Assembly (NCBI RefSeq): GCF_009914755.1
Contig: NC_060947.1
Length of the DNA: 64,000 bases
Strand: one strand, 5' to 3'
Source of the DNA: the human T2T-CHM13v2.0 reference genome, Homo sapiens
The position numbers and the translations under genes were made by a program. This document shows, one piece after another, positions 1 to 15,951 of the stretch (positions within the stretch are counted from its first letter, which is position 1; each line of letters begins with the position of its first letter). A model generated the notes under the pieces. It saw only the letters and a list, made by a program, of their open reading frames with translations, was not told the DNA's origin and did no database searches.

Positions 1-1752
1 TAGTCTGATGGGCTTCCCTTTGTGGGTAACCCAACCTTTCTCTCTGGCTGCCCTTAACATTTTTTCCTTCATTTCAACTTTGGTGAATCTGAAAATTATG
101 TGTCTTGGACTTGCTCTTCTCAAGGCCTATCTTTGTGGCATTCTCTGTATTTCTTGAATTTGAATGTTGGCCTGCCTTGCTAGGTTGGGGAAGTTCTCCT
201 GGATAATATCCTGGAGAGTGTTTTCCAACTTGGTTCCATTCTCCCCGTCACTTTCAGGTACACCAATCAGATGTAGATTTGGTTTTTTCCCATAGTCCCA
301 TATTTCTTGGAGGCTTTGTTCAGTTCTTTTTACTCTTTTTTCTCTAAACTTCTCTTCTCGGTTCATTTCATTCATTTGATCTTCAATCACTGATACCATT
401 TCTTACATTTGATTGAATTGGCTACTGAAGCTTGTGAGTGCGTCATGTAATTCTCGTGCCATGGTTTTCAGCTCCATCAGGTCATTTAAGGTCTCCTCTA
501 CACTGCTTATTCTAGTTAGCCATTTTTCTAATTTTTTTTAAGGTTTTTAGCTCCTTGCGATGGGTTCAAACATCCTCCTTTAGCTCGGAGAAGTTTGTTA
601 TTTCCGATCATCTGAAGCCTTCTTTTCTCAACTCATCAAAGTCATTCTCCGTCGAGCTTTGTTCCATTGCTGGCGTGGAGCTGCGATCCTTTGGAGGAGA
701 AGAGGCACTCTGATTTTTAGAATTTTCAGCTTTTCTGCTCTGGTTTCTCCCCATCTTTGTGGTTTAATCTACCTTTGGTCTTTGATGATAGTGACGCACA
801 GATGGGGTTTTGGTGTTGATGTCCTGTTTGTTAGCTGTCCTTCTAACAGTCAGGACCCTCAGCTGCAGGTCTGTTGGAGTTTGCTGGAGGTCTACTCCAG
901 ACCATGTTTGCCTGGGTATCACCAGCAGAGGCTGCAGAACAGCAAATATTGCAGAACAGCAAATGTTGCTGCCTGATCCTTCCTCTGAAAGCTTCATCTC
1001 AGAGGGGCACCCGGCTGTATGAGGTGCCAGTAGGCCCCTACTGGGAGATGTCTCCCAGTTAGGCTACTTGGGGGTCAGGGACCCACTTGAGGAGGCAGTC
1101 TGTCCATTGTCGGATCTCAAACTCTGTGCTGGGAGAACCACTACTCTGTTCAATGCTGTTAGACAGGGATGTTTAAGTCTGCAAAAGTTTCTGCTGCCTT
1201 TTGTTCAGCTATGCCCTGCCCCCAGAGGTGGAGTCTACAGAGGCAGGCAGGCCTCCTTGAGCTGCAGTGGGCTCCATCCAGTTTGAGCTTCCCAGCTGCT
1301 GTGTTTACCTACTCAAGCCTCAGCAACGGTGGATGCCCCTCCCCCAGTCTTGCTGCCGCCTTGCAGTTCGATCTCAGACTGCTATGTTAGCAATGAGTGA
1401 GGCTCTGTGGGCATGGGACCCTCCGAGCCAGGTGTGGGAAATAATCTCCTGGTCTGCCATTTGCTAAGACTGTTGGAAAAGCACAGTATTAGGGTAGGAG
1501 TGTCCCGATTGTCCAGGTACCATCTGTCATGGTTTTCCTTGGCTAGGAAAGGGAATTCCCCAACTGCTTGTGCTTCCCGGGTAAGGCCATGCTCTTCCCT
1601 GCTTCAGCTCACACTCGGTGGGCTGCACCCACTGTCCGACAAGCCCCATTGAGATGAACCTGGTACCTCAGTTGGAAATGCAGAAATCCCCCATCTTCTG
1701 CGTTGCTCATGCTGGGAGCTGTAGACTGGAGCTGTTCCTATTTGGCCATCTT
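1..1752 (-). mobile_element. L1PA (about L1PA5/6) 5' part: 5'UTR and most of ORF1, running off the window start
   Basis: ORF 127..399(-) is an L1 ORF1p fragment (EQSLQEIWDY..PNLHLIGVPESDGENGTKLENTLQDIIQENFPNLARQANIQIQEIQR). The 5' end is the reverse complement of AAGATGGCCAAATAGGAACAGCTCC at 1728-1752. The 5'UTR is homologous to the L1s at 27279 and 41359. Confidence 0.97.
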
Positions 1753-1765
1753 TAGAATTGTAATA

Positions 1766-4700
1766 CAAGATAGCCAAAAAATGCAGCCAGAAAGAGCATT
1801 TCTCACCAAGAGACCAGACCATTAAGAAGACTGGCACACTCTGAACAGATCTTCAGAAGGAAGGCACTGAGTATATACAGAGGAAGGATGCAGATCTTGA
1901 GCTGAAGGGAAAGGAAGCTGGAAACCCTGCACAGGGCTGGCAAGCAACCGGACTCATTCATGATCCCAGTGGCTCTCCTAGGGAGGTGGTATGTTAAATA
2001 GCCAAGAAGTGGCTCAATCTCACCATAGACATCCAGAATCCGAACTGCCAGGGACCTCATGACTCCCATGGACGTTTGAGCTGGCAAGGAGAGCTGCTTG
2101 GAGAGGTGGCAGGGACAGGACTCCAGTCTGTGTGAAGCTCAGAGAATTTGACACAGGAAAGGCTGCATGGCCAGTGATGCCCATCTCCCAAGGCTTGGCA
2201 TGCTCCTCTAGGAGACTTTGGAATTTGTTGACTGTTGGACCTGGACAGAGCAAGAATGTCTTCCCTGTGGGATGGGGCAAATTTGATCTGAGAACCCTCC
2301 TGTCTGCCAGCCTCTTCCAAGATCCCTTCCTGGCTGTCCTCGATGGTAGAACAGTCTTGAACACCTGACTTTGGTGCATCCCAGTCACTGCTGCCATATC
2401 TTATTCACTGGCAGACTCTGCCTGTCAGAGAGCTTCAGCAGAAGGGTTCCTGCCAACATATACCCACATAAAGCATCCCCCCACCACTTTGCAAGCACAC
2501 TCACCTGCAGTTTCCCTCTACTACTTTGTTGGTGTACACTCACCTGCAGACACCAACCCCTACTTTGCATTGCTGGTGCACACACAAGTCTGAAACTTAT
2601 AGCCCTTCTGCCACTGGTGCATGCATATGTGCACTTCACAGCCACAATCCTGACACCACCAGAGCATGAACGTGGACCCCATTGTACTGCTGCTGCCACA
2701 AATACAAACTCATGTGAGGAGTCTGCCACATCACCACCACGACAAGCATGCATGCATTGACTCTACTGCACTGCTGCTGGTGAATGCACGTGCATGGATC
2801 CCAATGCATAGCTATCTCCCACTCAAGTATGCACACACAAACCCTACCATCCCACCACCGTTGGCAAGTGCATGTGAATGCAGACACCAATGCCACTGCT
2901 ACAATGAAGTGTTTTTGCTGGCACTGCCTATGAGAATGTTGTTGCCAGCAGATTGAGAAAAACTTAGATGCAGTTGGTTCTTACCTTCAAAGGGCCAAAG
3001 AACAATGTCATGTGCCTAGACCCAGGCCGCCAGTTACAGCACATTGCCCAAGAATGCTGAGCTGATCCTTGACCCCTACAATCATCTAGAGAAACAAAGC
3101 CAGTCAATCGAACTCAACTTACAACACAGTCAAATCCACAAGGGCATCAAAGAAAGTAAAATGACTATCCAAAGGACAGAAACTTCAAAGATTAAAAGAG
3201 GATTAGCCCACCCAGATGACAAAAAAAAAAAAACAAAAAACAGCCCAATAACTCAGGTATCTCAAAAACTAGCATGTCTTCTTATCATCTCCAAATGACT
3301 GTACTAGCTTCCCAGCAATTGTTCTTAATGCTGAAACTGCTGGAATGAAAGACATAGAATTCAGTGTCTGAATAGCTATGAAGATTAATGAGATTCTGGA
3401 AGAGTTGAAACCCAATCCAAAACATCTAGTGAATCCAATAAAGCAACACAAGAGCAGAAAGATAAAATTGCCATTTTAAAAAAATCGAACTATCTAATAG
3501 AGGTGAAAAACTCACTGTGGGAATTTTATAATACAATTGGAATTGTTAAAAAATAGACCAAGCTGAGAAAAGAGTATCAGAAAAAGAGTATCAGAGCTCA
3601 AAGACATGCTTTGAATCAACTCAATGAGTTAAAACTAAAAAAGAAAGAATAATACAGAATGAACAAAACCTACAAGAAATATGGGATTATGTAAAGAGAC
3701 CAAACTGACAACTCATTGGCATCCCTGAGAGAGAGGAAGAGATCAAGCAACTTCAAAAACATATTAGAGGATATTGTGTACAAAAATACCTGAACCTCAC
3801 TAGAGAGGTCAACATTCAATTCAGAAAATGAAGAGAACCCTGCAAGACACTATGAAAGATGACAATCCCTAAGATACAGTCATTACATTCTCCAAAGTCA
3901 AAGTAAAAAAAGTATTCAAGGCAGGTAGAGAGATGGGCAGGTCACCAAAAAGGGAATCCCATTGTATAAGTCCATTTTCACACTGTTATAAAAAACTGCC
4001 TGAGACCGGGTAATTTATTAAAAAAAAAAGAAGTTTAATTGGTTCACAGTTCAGCATGGCTGGAGAAACCTCAAGAAACTTAAAATCATGGCAGGAGGTG
4101 AAGGCGAAGCAAGGTACCTTCTTCACAAGGTGACAGGAAGGAGAAGTGCCGAGAAAAGTGGTAAGAGCCCGTTGTAAAACCATCAGATCTCATGAGAACT
4201 CACTATCATGAGAACAGCATGGGGGAAACTGCCCCCATGATTCAATTACCTCCACCTGGTCTATTCCTTAACACTTGGGGATGTTGGGAATTATGGGGAT
4301 TACAATTCAAGATGATATCTGGGTGGGGACAAAAAGCCTAACCATATCACCCATCAAGCTAATAGACTTTTCAACAGAAATGCTACAAGCTACAAAATAC
4401 TGGGGCCCTATATTCAGAATTCTTAAAGAAAAGAAATTCTAACCAAGAATTTCATATCCAGCCAAACAATGCTTCATAAGTTAAGGAGAAATAATATGCT
4501 TTTCAGACAAGCACGTACTAAGGAAATTGAGACAAGCATGTGCTAAGGAAATTCACTATCACCAGATCTGCTGGATAAGGAATCTTTAAGAGAGTTGTAA
4601 ACATGGTCATAAAAGAATCACACCTGCTAAAACAAAAACACATGTAAGCACATAGTCCACAACCACTATAAAGCAACTACACAATCAAGTCTGCATAAGA

Positions 4701-5700
4701 ACCAGCTAAAATCATGATGACAAAATCAAATCTGTACATATCAATATTAATCTTTAATATAAACAGGTTAAACATCCCACATAAAAGACACAGAGTGGCA
4801 AGCTGGCAAAGAAGCAAAACTCAACTATATGCTGTCTTCAAGAGACACATCTCACATACAATGATATCCATAGGCTCAAAGTAAATGGATAGAGAGAAAT
4901 ATACCAAGCAAATGAAAAACAAAACCTAGCAGAAGTTGTTATTCTAATTGCAGACAAACAGACTTAAAACCAATAATGATCAAAAAAGATAATAGACCAA
5001 CTGAAACAAGTTGGTTCTTTGACAGAATAAAGAAGATTGGTAGATCACTAACTAGACTAATAAAGAAAAGAGATACAAATAAACACAGTCAGAAATGACA
5101 AAGGGGCCACTACTGCCAACCCAACATAAATACAGAAAAACCTGAGACTAGTACAAACACCTCTATGTGCACAAACTGGAAAACCTAGAAGGAATGAATA
5201 CATTCCTGGAAACACACTACCTCCCAAGATTGAACCAGGAAGAAACTGAAACCCTGAACAGACCAATAAGTTCTGAAATTGCATCAATAATAAAAAGCCT
5301 ACCAACACCAAAAAGCCCTGGACCAGACAGAGTCACAACCAAATGTTGTAAGATATATAAGCAAGATCTGTACCAATGCTACTGAAACTATTCCAAAAAT
5401 TGAGGAGTGTCTTCTCCCTAACTCATTCTATGAGACTAGAATAATTTGAATATGAAAACCAGGCAGAGCCACAAAAGAAAGGTAAAACTTCAGGCTAATA
5501 ATCCTGACAAACACAAATACAAAAATATTCAACAAAATACCAGCAAACCAAATCCAGCAGCATATCAAAATGCTAATTCAGCACGAACAAGTAGGCTTTA
5601 TTTCTGTGATACAAGGTTGGTTCAATACATGCAATCAATAAATGTAATTTATCATATAAACTAAAACAAAAACCACAGGATCACCTGAATAGACACAAAA
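1766..5700 (+). mobile_element. Older L1 (L1PA13-16/L1PB-like): 5'UTR, decayed ORF1 and the 5' part of ORF2 with an internal deletion, 3'-truncated
   Basis: Starts CAAGATAGCC..GCAGCCAG. ORF1-like sequence includes GAAATATGGGATTATGTAAAGAGACCAAA at about 3677. ORF2 starts at about 4714. ORF 5167..5385 ([32 protein letters not shown]) is ORF2p. The sequence jumps from the endonuclease (..IKKD) straight to the SWFF region at about 4990. Confidence 0.9.
3963..4349 (-). mobile_element. THE1/MST-type MaLR solo LTR (THE1D/MSTA-like) inserted in L1 ORF1
   Basis: TGTATAAGTCCATTTTCAC...GGGTGGGGACAAAAAGCCTAACCATATCA, with TG..CA ends and a perfect 5-bp TSD CCCAT (3958-3962 / 4350-4354). The L1 sequence rejoins across it. 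Confidence 0.93.
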
Positions 5701-5711
5701 TAATAGAAACA

Positions 5712-5970
5712 CTAAAAGGAAAGTGACATAGAAAAGGGAAGTTAGGTACAAAAACAGCTTGATTGTTTACAGCTTGGTGTTTGCCTTATTTGAGCATGGC
5801 TTGAACAGTTGCCTGCCTATGATTCGTTGAAACTCTATGACTGGTACAATAGTAGGTTACAGTCTATTTATACCTCCAGTTAGGTTACAGTTCACCATGT
5901 ACAGAGAAACCTTCAGGACAAACTTAAAATATGTAAGGAGGCAGTTTTCGGCTAGAAGGCAGTTTTAACA
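5712..5970 (-). mobile_element. Partial ERV1 3' LTR (MER57-like)
   Basis: Ends ..AAATATGTAAGGAGGCAG..TTTTAACA, so the minus strand starts with TG. It is immediately preceded on the minus strand by the purine tract AAAGGGGAGATT (PPT, 5971-5982). Confidence 0.75.
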
Positions 5971-6225
5971 AATCTCCCCTTTCGGTCAACTTCTCAATTT
6001 TGAGAAATTGACTACATCTTTAGGTGTTGACATAATTGTCACCATCATAAGTAGACTTATTTGTTCTCAAATCCTAATGATAAATTGAATAAGGGGTATT
6101 GTAAGGTAAGAACAAGAAAACAAAACAGTAGGAAAAAACTGATTACCTCTGGTTACCTTTTCATAAGGGTTAAAGCAGAGGGGGCTCACTTATGTCAGAA
6201 TCTCCTGTTTTCAGGAGAACAACAG

Positions 6226-6261
<36 letters not shown>

Positions 6262-9200
6262 ACCAGTGTCTTTTGGGATCTATCTTCTTCCTTAAAGTTT
6301 CAGTTTTCTTACATCGCATTTAGCACAAGTAACCCCACTTTGGTTTGTTCTCCTGGGGCTTAGTGCAGGAGCTTAGTTCAGAATAATGGCCTCCCATAAT
6401 TGTGGTCAATAATTCCTCCCTTTTTGTCAAGTTCTCACTTAGATGAGCGTGTGACCAAAACTTGGGGCTTTAGCACTACTCTCGATTATCACCATTTTGA
6501 ATTTCTGGTCTTAGTACATCATTCGTAGCTTATGGTGTCCATATGATTATGCATTTTGAGTTTTTGTTGATCCTGTGAAAGAGATATTTGATATTCTATA
6601 GGTGACTGCATGCATGCATTTTAAAATTTGAGCGAATGCATGCACCACCAGACTACTATTATGACTATCACAAGAATAACAACAAAAGTTTGAAGTATGT
6701 TCCCTAGCCAGGGTCCCCATGAACCACCCTAATTAAAATCAAATATGTCAACAAATGAACCAGACAAATAGTCTATTCATTTTAACCAAGCAGCCTGTTT
6801 GTCAATCCCCTGCAAGTGAATCTCTATAATACCTGTGTGCCACAAGAAGTGTCAGCAACTGCACAGATTCTTCCTTGTTCAGCCAGTAGGTAATCTAGAG
6901 CAACTCTATTATTGACCACAACTTTAGCAAGATAATTTACAGAAGTCTGTTTGCTACCATGGCAGTCATAGTAAAATCTGATAAAGAGAGTATTATTAGC
7001 ATTGAATTTCTAATTATTTCCTCATTTACATTTACACCTGGCCTTGGAAAAAGGGACATAATAATGTCCATCTAGAATGATGAAGGCCTCTTGTTAATGT
7101 TCTTTTTGACTTATGATGTCAATTAACAAGAGTGGACCAGTGTTCTATTTCTGACTGATTATGGAGCAACAAATATGCCATTAAAATTCCTAGCCCACAC
7201 TGGCCTTTCATTTTTCATCCATTAAGGCACAAAGTTGTCCATATATACAGTTGGCTACAAAATACATCACAAATAAAAGTATATCCCATGGGTGCACATG
7301 GGCCCTTTTTCTCATTCTATTTTTTCATAGAGACATAAGCAGGAAAAAAATTGAGAGGTAAGAGTCTGATGATGGCAAAGAAGTCTTAATCTGTGATCTT
7401 GGAAAATTTGTCCATGTCCACAATACCATCTGCTTCTGAGGAGAACACTCCTGGTTAGCTTTACCTTGAGTTCTCTGATGAACGTACAACATTTATAAAA
7501 GTCTGGAGGGGCCTTTATGAGTTGTGAGATGATGAACTAAAGGTTCCTGGTCCTAAAGTTTTGCTGCAGGTGAGTGAAGGGGGGTGCAACGCGTGGGTGG
7601 CAAAAGCAGTCTCTCTGATGGATTTACTGAAGACAAAATGTTTGAGCTCTATATTAGAAAAGTAAGATTGTCCTTAGTTGGAGGATCATGGAAAGCTTCC
7701 TTTACTTGTTGAAAATACATTTTGGCATAATGTATTAAAACCTTGATGATTCTGCTCAAATCAGAGTTTAGGAGTGGGAGTTACATGAGGTTATACTACT
7801 GTGAAGAGAGGTCTTCCAGTGACTATTTCATAAAGGGTCAGTGTATGTTTTCCACTGGAAGTGGATCTGATTGTCATCAGACTGAAACATCTTTAACCAA
7901 GATAATTCAGTAGACTCGGTTAGCTTTGCCTAATGCTATTGTGTTTGTAATACCTCATTTCAACTGTTTTCCAAATTATCCAGTGAAATAAGTACCTCTC
8001 TCACTAAAGATTTATCCATGCATACCCCAAGAAGAAAACACATTTCCTAATAACCTTTTAGCTATTGTTGTAGAATCAGCCTTCTTGCATAGGAAAGCTT
8101 CTATACAACCAGAAAACATACACGAAAATGGCAATTAGTAGGAAAAATAAAAACAAAAGTTAAATAAAATAAAGAATAAAAAGGGAACACAATGTTTAAA
8201 TCTAGTGATTTTCCCAAATAAACAGAAATGATCAATAGTGAAAAAGTTCTAGAGTTGCAAGAGACCTCAAGGGGTCCTTCAAATAGGGCTATTACCTCAT
8301 TTATATTTACATTAAGCCATGGAAAAAGGGACAAAACAAATAATGCCCATCCAGAATGGGTATTACCCAAGAGACTTAATCTTTTAGGATAATGGATGGA
8401 AAGAAGCTAAAAAACACTCTCATTCTAAAAATACTCCTTAAGCTAATAAAAAGAGCAAATGAAAAATGCAAATGTTTCAAGCTTAAGTAATTGTAGTATT
8501 GTCAAAGCTTATTGGAATGGAGATTCAAAAATTTCCTGGGGAGCTTATTCCAGGATTTAAATATTCTTTCTGACCCAACGTTCTCCATTCTATCTAACAA
8601 ACATTTATACACTATAAACCCATTTTCTCTATTTCTGTCTTCTGGAGAAAAGAAAAATGCCAGTCAGCTACCAGAAGACAATTTACGTGCCTACAGACAG
8701 CTGAGCCTTCTTTTCCTTTATAACAACACTCCATGGTAGATAATAATCAAATGCATTATTCAATCTTTTTCTGTCTTGGAGTTTCAATCTCATCTACAGC
8801 CTCTAGTGCTCTGAAATCAAGTAAATGACTTCCGGAGTAAATCTCTTTGAGAAATGCTATAAAAAAACTTTCTTATAAATTTACAGGTTAGCAGTAGTCA
8901 AAATTGGGTACTTAGGATTTATCATCCCTCAAGCTATTTAGTTGGTATTACATTTAAAAGTTACTGATTCTGCCTACAACCAGAATCAGCAGAGCCTGCC
9001 ATTCCATTTGCATTGCTTATATGGTCAATTACTGCAGTCATAGGCCAATCCCATTGCAATTTTTCCCTTTTTCTAAGCAGGAAAAGAAATCCCAACAACT
9101 TGAGTTGCTTTCATATGGGTATAGAGTCTGGTTCCAGTTAAATACATTATTATGGAACTTATTGAATAAAGGCAAGTATCTCCCAGCTCACAGATTTGAC

Positions 9201-11724
9201 CTTGACCTGCCTCACCTCTCACAATACACAACTGTTTAAGCTTTTTCATATAAAGACAGCCACACAATTTCCTATTTATGTCAACTATTATGTTAAAAAC
9301 ATTTAATTTTATTTAATATATTTTTAACTTGTCTAAATTTTCTAAACATTTTTACATCTTTCCTACCTCGTGAAGAACAAAAGTAGGCACATGAGTATGA
9401 TAATCCTTTGATCCTTGTATGGAATGGTCACATATAAAGGAGACTATTATTGTAGTGGAACATCTATATCAATGCTATTACTATTAAAGCATTTTAGCAG
9501 TAAAAAAAATAAAAGAAAATGGAAATTAAAATCTCTCAATAAATGTTCAAATGGCCTAAGGTTTTGATTATCTTCCCAGGGTTATGGATTTAACAAACCA
9601 AACTTTGGTCACAAACCATATTAACCATTTAGAACAGTCACCATACCAATAACTTTAAGATATAATTTGGATCATTTCATTTCTTCTATGATTGAGTCAT
9701 GGACTGCAGAGCTTTTAATGGAAGCTTTAAAGATTCAGAAAGGACCAGGCAGCTGTTTAGGCTCTGCATGAGTAGATGCTTAAAACTGGATTTATATCCT
9801 CTGAAATATCAGTTTTGTTTCACCAGTTCAAGGTCATAGCACTGTATATTAAATAGGTTATCATTGGTAATTTGACTTGGACCACTGAGTTTATTCAAAT
9901 TGCAGATCTCAACAATCTCAGTACTGTCTTATTTAGCACTAAAATCTGGAAAAATATTTTCTTGGAATTCAATTAATTTTTGTCTTTTGTGGTTAGCAGT
10001 TTTATATACCAGTTAATCTCTTCATTAGAGTTCTTGTAATTATTACCCAGCCCAAGCGATACTAAAGTTATTAGAAACTCATAATCAAGAGTGCCTGTCA
10101 GGGTCATTTCCATCCTTTCCATGAGCTTTGTTGAAGAAGGATTTTACTTGCTTGTAAAGAGCTTTCAGAAAACATGTCAGAATTAAGCAATTACCTGTAA
10201 ACAATAGTTAATATGGTCATGGTTAAAGGCACAATTGACAAGAACATCGAGTTATTTCTGTGGTCCACAATAATTTAACATAATAACCATCATTATGACT
10301 GATAACCTATACTGAGACATATCAGAATTTTAGGAATATCATACAATTTTGTAATGCATATAATAGCATATCTATAAAGCTATAACTTGGAGATTAAACA
10401 TTATGTCTTTTTTTGGCAATGCTTCCCATATATTTTAACATATCAAAAAAGGCTATTTGTTACTTCTCTTTTGGAAGCTGCAGTGGCTTTTAGTAATATC
10501 CCAAAGTTAAAGATCAAAAAGACTTAATTTTAGAATTTAGTATTTTATTCTGGAAAGTTTGTCAAATACCAGATATTTAGGACTCCTAATATTAAATTAA
10601 AAGTTTAAAACACTAATCAAAATGATATCACAGATTACTGTAAAATAATATTCATTTAGTGAAAGCAATAATAAAATGGTTTTTAAGAAGCAAAATCCTT
10701 TATTCTTTGATAGAAAACACACTCAGTTTTCCAATCAAAAAATCTATAAAAGTATGAAATAGAATCTGCCTCTCCTTTCCTTTTTTCTTTACTGTAGTTT
10801 ACTTTAAAAGTGAAAAAAACTCTATCTGATAAATATTACATGAATGTCTTGTTTAAATGAGAAAACAAAATTTTACTTTTATATTAGTTTATTATCAATA
10901 CTAAAGATAGTTTTGACAAATTGTCATAAACAGATCCATCTATTCTCAGGTTTTGACAACAGATTTCCATAAAACTTTTATAACCTCTTACAAATTAAAT
11001 TTTTTTATTCCTCAACTTTTTAGACTCCTTTAGTTTTATCTACATTATTTTTCTCCATTTTGAAACATTTAAATAACCTTTAAACTAGACAAAATTATTT
11101 TTTCTTTAGGAAAAGCCATATCCTCAAACCTTTTTTGAAAACTTCCTCATGAAAAACACATCTTACTTTTCGAATACTCTCTGCATATAGAATTGTTTCT
11201 TATATTGAGTAATTTTAATTACATATATTAATCAAAATTTTGACTCTATCCCCAATTTCCAGTGAAAAACCAAGGAAGTAATTAATTTTGAACTATTTTA
11301 TACAAGTATTTATAGATGAAAACAATTTCATAAGTTTTTAGAAAGATGTTTCTTCAATTTTTTAATTAACAGGTCTAAATATATTTACCTTTTCTATACC
11401 ATCTAAAAATTAGATGCCAAAGTATATGAACTGCAACGAAAACATATGTTTAATAATTAATATTTCAGTATTTTCACTAACCCACAATTGACTCAGTTTA
11501 TGATTATCTATTATTTAATTTAACATGTGTTTAACATTTTAAATTACTAAGAAGAATTTTGAAATGATGACACACATACCCTTCCTAACATCTTCCCCAG
11601 TTTTCCTGGTTCCCAAGAAGCTACCTGGCACTCAAGAAAAGGGATGAAGTGCAGGACCTGTCTTGGCTCTAAATTTACATATCAAATACAGAGCTCAGGA
11701 CAGAGGACAGGTCTGTGAAGAGGA
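5971..11724 (-). mobile_element. ERV1 (MER4-group, MER57-int-like) internal region with decayed env, integrase remnants and an AT-rich module
   Basis: On the minus strand there is env TM-like sequence at about 6700-7330 and integrase-like sequence at about 7750-8130. ORF 8101..8370 begins with env-like HSGWALFVLSLFPWLNVNINE. The AT-rich block at about 10190-10560 is homologous to about 18520-18900 of the neighbouring ERV. Confidence 0.78.
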
Positions 11725-14394
<2,670 letters not shown>

Positions 14395-15940
14395 TGAAGA
14401 TTTCTTTTCTTGTTACTTTGTTGTCTGGCATTGGCATTGTGACTATACTGGCCCCACAGTATATGCTAAGAATTATTCCCTCTAATTCTATGGTTTAGAA
14501 TAGTTTGAGGAGTAGTGCCATTCATCCTTTAAGCATTTGGTAATATTTTTGAGTGGTTACATCTAATCTCGGCTTTTCTTTGTTGGAAGTTTTTAAGATA
14601 CCGACTAAATGTCTTTATGCCTTTATGACAGCAGTTTCTGTCATTCTAGGAATTTGTCTATTTCATCTATGTTATTCAATTTGTCATACAACTGTTCACA
14701 GTATTTTTTATGACACATTTTATTCTTTTATCATTAATAGTAAAATCCCCTTTTGCCAAGGGTCTCAGTGTGCATGCTGGGGCATTGACTTCAACACTCA
14801 GCCAGATGGTCTGCACCTGTTTCTTAGTCTTCACTTTCTGTTTACCTAGATACTCAAAGTCAGCCAGAAGTCATATCTTTGGGCCTGTTCAGGTCTCTGT
14901 TTAGCATGCCCACATTTCTATGCATGCATTTGTCTTTTTAGTATCCCCCAAATTGGTTGAAACATTTCCAAGCCCATATGCATTATTCACTCCTCATCTT
15001 TTCCTCTTAAGTTTGTTGGACAATCTATTGTTTGCCTAATATCCATTATCTCAGGCTGGAGCAACTAAAACAATTGTATTTAAATGTTTTTGAGTCATGT
15101 CCACAGAAAGTGGTTTTTAATACTGAGTCCTAAATCAGGCAAAATAATGACTACATTTTCAAGTTGGGTGTTCCAGGGACAACTAAACATGTTAAAGAGT
15201 GACTATTCTTTGGGAATATGGCTTTGAAAGATGTATACCACTGACATGCTCTCTTTAGTATCAATAAGGTGAACTGTTATATTTTCCACGGGTTCAGACA
15301 AGCTGGAATATAGGGAATAGTATCAGTAGAAGTTAAAATGGATAAAGCTCCCTATTCTTAATGGTATTCAGCCATTTTTCTCCATTTTATTCCCTAGGTT
15401 TCTATACACATTTGATTAATTTACAGAGTTCCTACAGTGTTGATTGTGAGTTTTTTTTCCCTTGCTTTTTTCCCTCAGAGTTCTTAGTCTACCATTTTAC
15501 TGACATAAATTGTATTCAATTTTTAAAAATCTTTAGCTGCAGGCTGGGTGCGGTGGCTCATTCCTGTAATCCCAGCACTTTCGGAGGCCGAGGTGGGCGG
15601 ATAACCTGAGGTTGTGAGTTCGAGACCAGCCTGACCAACATAGAAAAACCCTGTCTTTACTAAAAATACAAAATTAGCCAGGTGTGGTGGCACATGCCTG
15701 TAATCCCAGTGACTCAGGATGCTGAGGCAGGAGAATCGCTTGAACCCAGGAGGCGGAGGTTGTGGTGAGCCAAGATTGTGCCATTGCACTCCAGACTGGG
15801 CAGTAAGGACAAAACTCTGTCTCAAAAAAAAAAAAAAAATCTTTAGCTGCATAAATGACTACACTTCTGCTGTGTTATTGACTTTTCATAAATGTTTTTG
15901 TGGTAACTGTTTTTTACCTTGCACCAAAAAAAATAAAATG
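14395..15940 (-). mobile_element. Highly diverged old L1M fragments, interrupted by an Alu
   Basis: 14395-14740 resembles the reverse complement of the L1 ORF2 region TCTGGC.TTGG.AT..G..ATACTGGCC..A.A.AT. The downstream part is only weakly assignable. Confidence 0.55.
15542..15834 (+). mobile_element. AluSp-like full-length Alu
   Basis: Dimeric Alu with poly(A) and CTGACCAACAT.G.AAACCC / TG.GGTGAGCC..CCATTGCAC features. It has a 17-bp TSD AAAAATCTTTAGCTGCA (15525-15541 / 15835-15851). Confidence 0.97.
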
Positions 15941-15951
15941 GAAAAGAGTGA

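Noticed and set aside
2371-2956. Cluster of overlapping Cys/His-rich ORFs
   Set aside because: Degenerate internal tandem repeats of the old L1 5'UTR; no protein family is recognisable.
4505-4554. 25-bp tandem duplication in old L1 ORF1 (similar small duplications at about 3566-3593 and 39748-39780)
   Set aside because: Ordinary slippage duplications in neutrally decaying repeats.
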